Assembly (NCBI GenBank): GCA_035221665.1 | Contig: CM069155.1 | Coordinates: 26,970,001 to 27,034,000, forward strand | Reading direction: 5' to 3' | DNA: 64,000 bases | Origin: Okamejei kenojei | Lineage: Eukaryota | In this document: in pieces, positions 62,961-64,000 of the stretch | Position numbering within the stretch: the first letter of the stretch is position 1 | Layout: each line of letters begins with the position of its first letter | The notes under the pieces: model-generated | Databases searched by the model: none | What the model was told of the DNA's origin: nothing | The model's input: only the letters and a program-made list of their open reading frames with translations | Translations under genes and position numbers: made by a program

Positions 62961-64000
62961 TGTTTGTTGGTTAATTAAGTACCAAAAATTGGAGAATTCA
63001 ATGTTTAATATCGTTTGGTTGTAAGCTACCCAAACAATATTGGATCCAGAATTAACTTTGTTGTTGAGTTACTAATGGTAGATGAGAGTTTGTGAGAATA
63101 TAAATATATATTTATAAACATGACATTTGATAATTTGACCTAATGAATGTGATTTGAGAAACAAGTTTGCAGATAGCTACAGAGGTTTGGTCATGTGCTT
63201 GACGAAGGGAAAGTTTTTGGATCAGGAATATGAAATTTGGCAGATGAATCTTAGTGAGAATGTGAGGTTTACAATGGTGAAACGAGGCAATATGATATAT
63301 AATTCACGTAATAGGAAGGTTGTGATTGTGTGGAGTGCAGAGGAGATTCATCAGAATGTTGCAATGATTGGATGACTTGTTATGGGAGACACTGGATAGG
63401 CTGATTTTGTTTTATCTGGAATAAAGATGGCAGAGAAGTGACCTGATAGAAATATATAGGGTCATTTTCCCACGGTAGTGGTAGCAGAAAAAATAAGGCA
63501 TGGGTGAGGGGGTTTTTAAAGTGGATCTGAGATCTGAGTAGAGTGGATTTTTTAATGGTGGTGGTAGATATGAGGTGGTGGAATCAGATTTATTTACTAT
63601 GTTTAAGAGGCATTTTGACAAAAACAATAAGCAATTCATAGAAGGATACCTTCCCAGTGTGAGTAAATGGAATGAATGTAGCAAAGATCCTATAGGTGTA
63701 GGTGGGCAAAAAGGGTAGCATGGATGTGGTGGGCCAAATAGGCTGTTTCTGTGTCGTAAGTCTCTGTGATTGCCATGAGGGAACACAAGGAACTTGAAGT
63801 CTATGTCCACCGATGTTTAAAGGTATCCGAAAGGTAAACAAAGTGATTAAAAAGCTACACAGGGTGCTTTCTGTTAATAGCAAGCAGGTTATTGCTAGAG
63901 CCAAAGATACACGCTCTCACTGCTCCTGAGCTGGAATCACTGGTTCAGAAGCAGCAGTCACTGCTTCAGAAGCAGTGTGAACAGGGCAACAAGGAGGGGT

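Overview
Vertebrate genomic DNA, most likely from a cartilaginous fish such as a skate or shark. That assignment is inferred from the repeat repertoire: CR1, HE1-like SINEs, Penelope-derived short elements and non-autonomous Helitrons. Two spliced minus-strand genes are present. (1) A complete five-exon PATZ1 (BTB, AT-hook, C2H2 fingers; CDS 60383->34954, about 704 aa) with a probable GC-AG intron. (2) Exons 1-7 of a class II GLUT sugar-porter gene (SLC2A11-like, probably SLC2A11B; 9986->730, continuing off the window). Its exon 4/5 junction is out of frame by one base, either a real lesion or an assembly error. The rest is introns and intergenic DNA rich in retroelement fragments. Most notable: a dispersed family of short Penelope-derived elements carrying a minimal hammerhead-ribozyme core, one inserted with a 14-bp TSD just upstream of PATZ1; a composite Helitron with duplicated promoter-like modules; cryptic, highly diverged minisatellites (27 bp, about 31 bp, about 20 bp); and a repeat-poor block with a strong minus-strand poly(A) signature that no annotated gene explains.
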